Assembly (NCBI GenBank): GCA_049521795.1
Contig: JBEKOM010000001.1
Span: forward strand, 128,001 to 192,000
Length of the DNA stretch: 64,000 bases
Reading direction: 5' to 3'
Source: Candidatus Bathyarchaeia archaeon
GTDB taxonomy: Archaea; Thermoproteota; Bathyarchaeia; Bathyarchaeales; Bathycorpusculaceae
Position numbers and translations under genes: made by a program
Shown here: positions 60,798-64,000 of the stretch, in pieces
Numbering within the stretch: position 1 is the stretch's first letter
How the letters are laid out: the number at the start of each line of letters is the position of its first letter
The notes under the pieces: generated by a model
What the model was told of the DNA's origin: nothing
What the model saw: the letters and a program-made list of their open reading frames with translations, nothing else
Databases searched by the model: none

Positions 60798-63344
60798 TCA
60801 AAACTTGCATATCTTGTAGAAGAACACTTTTCCGGCATCCACAAGAAACAGATAGGTAACTGTCATAAGTGCGACTACAACCCAGAATTCGGCTGGAAGC
60901 GGCACCATTCCCAGGAAACCGCCGAAAGGTGTGAATGGCAATATGGTTCCGAACGCGACGAACCCTATTATGAATCCTGCCAGCCACTTCCCTGGACGGC
61001 TTGTGAGGAACGGGATGCGCCTGGTCCTGATGACGAACATGATCAAGACTTCGGTCCAGAATGATTCTACGAACCATGCACTTTGGAACAGTGCTGCCAG
61101 GTGGTTACCAGGTGCAGCTGTTCCGGCCCAACATCCGAAGACGAAAAGCATGATGCCGTAGGTAAGAAAGTCATAGACTGAACTGAATGGCCCGAAGAAG
61201 ATTGTGTACTTGCGCACGAAGCCTATGTCCCACTTCCTTGGCGTTTTGGTGTACTCTTCATCAACGTTGTCAGTCGGTATCGTCATGTTCGACATGTCAT
61301 ACAGAAGGTTCATGAAGAGTATCTGAATCGGCAACATTGGGAGAAATGGAAGGAAGATAGAGGCTGCTGCGGCGCTGAACATGTTTCCAAAGTTCGAACT
61401 CGTTCCCATCAGAACATACTTTATCGTGTTACCGAAGATCTTTCTGCCCTCGTTAATACCGTCTACTAGCACTGGCAAATCCTTTTCCAGAAGCACAATG
61501 TCCGCCGCGTCTTTGGAGACATCAACCGCTGTGTCGACTGATATGCCCACGTCTGCTTCGTAGAGGGCTGGAGCATCATTCACTCCGTCGCCCATGAAGC
61601 CCACCACATGCTTGTTCTCCTTTAGGGCTTTGATAATGTCCAGCTTCTGTTCTGGGGTGATCCGAGCGAAAATTGTGGTCTCTTCTGCTACCTTTCTAAT
61701 TTCAGTCGAGCTCATCTGCGTCAATTCTGAGCCAGACACTATTTTTCTGCAGGGGACATCTACTTCCTCACATATTTTTCTCGCCACGAGCTCGTTGTCC
61801 CCTGTGAGTATCTTGACTTCAACTCCCATCTCCTTCAGCTTCGTGATCGCTTGATGGGCATCTTGCTTACCGGGGTCAGTGAATACGAGGAGGCCAAGAA
61901 ACGTCAAGTTCGCCTCGTCTTCAACCGTGTACGCTTTTTTCTGCTCTATGCTTCGACATGCAATTGCTAATACACGGTATCCCTGCATTGAAAGATCGGA
62001 GAACTTGGTGCGAATTGACTCTGAAACGTCGCGTATTGGTTCCTTCTTACCTAGAGTCTCAGAGTAGTCACATCTGGAGAGAACTGATTCTGGGGCACCC
62101 TTAGTGATGAGGATGAAATCGCTGTCCTTTCTAACTACCACCGACATCATTCTTCGTTGGTAGTCAAATGGGATCTCGCCCATCCTACAGTAGGATGTCA
62201 CACCTTCTTGCCCGCCATTCTTGATGGCGTACTCCCAGATCGCCACGTCCATTGGGTTGCCAGTGATCTTTTCCCCTAGGACCGCGGTGTTGCAGAGCAG
62301 CGAATAGGGGATGATCCTAGGATCTTTGTCTTCACTAGGCGAATAGTAGTCCTTTAAGGAGATCTTACCCTCCGTGAGCGTCCCAGTTTTGTCAGTGCAC
62401 AGGACATCCATGTTGCCGAAGTCCTCTATCGAAACTAGGCGTTTCACGATGACCTTCAGCTTCGACATATTCCTCGCCCCTTGAGAGAGGCTGATCGTCA
62501 CGATGGCAGGCATCAGCTCGGGTACGAGCCCCACGGCGACTGCCAGAGAGAAGAGCAGAGAATTGACCATGTTATGACCAAGGGCAGCGTTAATTGCGAA
62601 TATTCCCAATACGAGCGCAAGGGTAAGCGTAAGAAGCATGTTTCCATAACCCCTCACGCCCTTTTGAAATGGTGTTTCAGGGTGGGTTCGGATTAGGCTC
62701 CTGGATATGGCTCCGAACTCCGAGTTTTTTCCGGTCGACGTGACGATGCCTCGACCGCTCCCGTTTGCCACCACGCTGCCCATGAACATGCAGTTTGTCA
62801 ACTGCTGAGGCGTGGGGTGCTGAACATCGAGGCTTTCAGAGGTCTTTTCAACAGGAAAAGATTCTCCAGTGAGTGTTGCCTCATTCACGTGAAGGTCTGT
62901 GGATTCCACTATCCTGATGTCAGCTGGGACGATGTCTCCCACGTAGAATGAGACAAGGTCACCCGGAACAAGAAGCCTCGATTCAATTTCGGAAGGCTTA
63001 CCGTCTCTTATGACGACAGCCCTGATAGATACACGCTTCTGAAGGGCACGAACGGTCTTCTCAGCTCTGTACTCGTTGACGAAGCCCAAGACCACGGCTA
63101 TAACAATCATCAAAAGTATTGATATTGCCTGATCAATAGTGGCGAAGAGCCATGATACAGCGGCACATGCGATTAGAATAACGAATATTGGATTCCTGAA
63201 TTGTCTAATAAGAATCGGAGCCCAGCCGAATTTCGATCTTTCCAGCTCGTTGTATCCGTATGTCTCCAGACGCCGTTGAGCTTCTTGTTCAGACAGACCC
63301 TTTTCATTGGTTTCAAGGGAATGGTAGGCATCCGCAGGGGACAT
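60798..63344 (-). CDS. mgtA: Mg2+-translocating P-type ATPase (P3B-like)
   Basis: LTGES, VGLVPE.MP, DKTGTLT, KGAPE, MGDGVND, SSNFGNMFS, NLLYD. Confidence 0.9.
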   Translation of the reverse strand: MSPADAYHSLETNEKGLSEQEAQRRLETYGYNELERSKFGWAPILIRQFRNPIFVILIACAAVSWLFATIDQAISILLMIVIAVVLGFVNEYRAEKTVRALQKRVSIRAVVIRDGKPSEIESRLLVPGDLVSFYVGDIVPADIRIVESTDLHVNEATLTGESFPVEKTSESLDVQHPTPQQLTNCMFMGSVVANGSGRGIVTSTGKNSEFGAISRSLIRTHPETPFQKGVRGYGNMLLTLTLALVLGIFAINAALGHNMVNSLLFSLAVAVGLVPELMPAIVTISLSQGARNMSKLKVIVKRLVSIEDFGNMDVLCTDKTGTLTEGKISLKDYYSPSEDKDPRIIPYSLLCNTAVLGEKITGNPMDVAIWEYAIKNGGQEGVTSYCRMGEIPFDYQRRMMSVVVRKDSDFILITKGAPESVLSRCDYSETLGKKEPIRDVSESIRTKFSDLSMQGYRVLAIACRSIEQKKAYTVEDEANLTFLGLLVFTDPGKQDAHQAITKLKEMGVEVKILTGDNELVARKICEEVDVPCRKIVSGSELTQMSSTEIRKVAEETTIFARITPEQKLDIIKALKENKHVVGFMGDGVNDAPALYEADVGISVDTAVDVSKDAADIVLLEKDLPVLVDGINEGRKIFGNTIKYVLMGTSSNFGNMFSAAAASIFLPFLPMLPIQILFMNLLYDMSNMTIPTDNVDEEYTKTPRKWDIGFVRKYTIFFGPFSSVYDFLTYGIMLFVFGCWAGTAAPGNHLAALFQSAWFVESFWTEVLIMFVIRTRRIPFLTSRPGKWLAGFIIGFVAFGTILPFTPFGGFLGMVPLPAEFWVVVALMTVTYLFLVDAGKVFFYKICKF

Positions 63345-63552
63345 GGACCAGCAGTCTTTCCGTGCATCGATTGTTTTCTCATTTGCCGTATTATTGAATC
63401 CGCCTCGACCATGACCACCTATCGCGCATAATGGGGTTTGTAGCTTCCATTACCACTAGAGACAGATATAGGCATTTCGCAACCGCGGGTACTGGTGCGT
63501 TATTGGGCGACCAAAAGCTATTTGACCAGAAGGACTAGTTTGTCGTAAGGAA

Positions 63553-63870
63553 GTGTGGACCTTGAAGACGGAGACCGTAAGAGGAACATCGACGAATGCC
63601 GTGCCTTGTGGACCTGTACGAAGGGGACGCCAAGACATTATCATGGGCATCCTGAGGATGGCGGAGTATGGAAGCACGAGAGCCAAGATGATTGACAAGT
63701 TAAAATTGAGTTCCGCTCAATGCAACAGATATCTCGTTGACCTGAAGGAAGCAGGCTACGTTGCTGAAGTCGGCCGCCTATGGGAAACAACCGACAAGGG
63801 GCGGCAAATTGTTGATGCGTGCAGGATCTGTCACAATCTTATGAGTCTGACAGCACTGCCTACGCGTTAA
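63553..63870 (+). CDS. Winged-helix DNA-binding protein
   Basis: RRGRQDII..IL...TRAKM...LSSAQ..YL..L..AG...TTDKGR; same family as 53736-54143. Confidence 0.7.
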   Translation: MWTLKTETVRGTSTNAVPCGPVRRGRQDIIMGILRMAEYGSTRAKMIDKLKLSSAQCNRYLVDLKEAGYVAEVGRLWETTDKGRQIVDACRICHNLMSLTALPTR

Positions 63871-64000
63871 GCCGGCTCTTCATGGACGTCTATCCTGGTT
63901 ATCTTAGGGTAAGCAGTTCTGAGTGCTTTCTCAAGCTTGCTGGAGATTTCATGCGCTTTTTTTATGCCAAGTTCAGGCTCGAAACGACACTGAAGAGTCA
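63867..64000 (-). CDS. Cation diffusion facilitator, C-terminal fragment (5' part outside window)
   Basis: Manual translation ...IKKAHEISSKLEKAL...RIDVHEEPA*, a ZT-dimer motif. Confidence 0.75.
   Translation of the reverse strand, partial: TLQCRFEPELGIKKAHEISSKLEKALRTAYPKITRIDVHEEPA

Noticed and set aside
122-63698. Many 60-200-aa ORFs antisense to or nested in well-supported genes
   Set aside because: Shadow ORFs with no motifs; explained by the overlapping real genes.

Overview
Archaeal core-genome window, probably Bathyarchaeia (inference from archaeal-type TFB, Alba, Mat, L7Ae/L24e/S28e/L40e, Cren7-like and arcadin-1-like proteins, an Ftr-family gene and BHB introns). It is mostly housekeeping: translation and RNA modification, fen, cdc48, glmS, trpB2, sucCD, aspS and two purine clusters. 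No CRISPR array, integrase or transposase was seen. Main observations: (1) purF-purD is tightly coupled to a HAD-like (EhaR-type) gene, a divergent Ftr-like formyltransferase and a PfkB kinase. These sit where the GAR transformylase (PurN/PurT, absent from the window) is expected, so they are a candidate C1-pterin-dependent route for purine step 3. (2) The protein-coding pcm gene is interrupted by a 30-nt bulge-helix-bulge intron whose removal restores the conserved SAPHMV motif. (3) tRNA-iMet has two BHB introns (37/38 and 47/48). (4) There is a stand-alone box C/D sRNA. (5) A ~170-bp non-coding element with 13-bp-period GCATATACA repeats occurs twice, 54 kb apart. All calls come from reading motifs by eye; no database searches were run.
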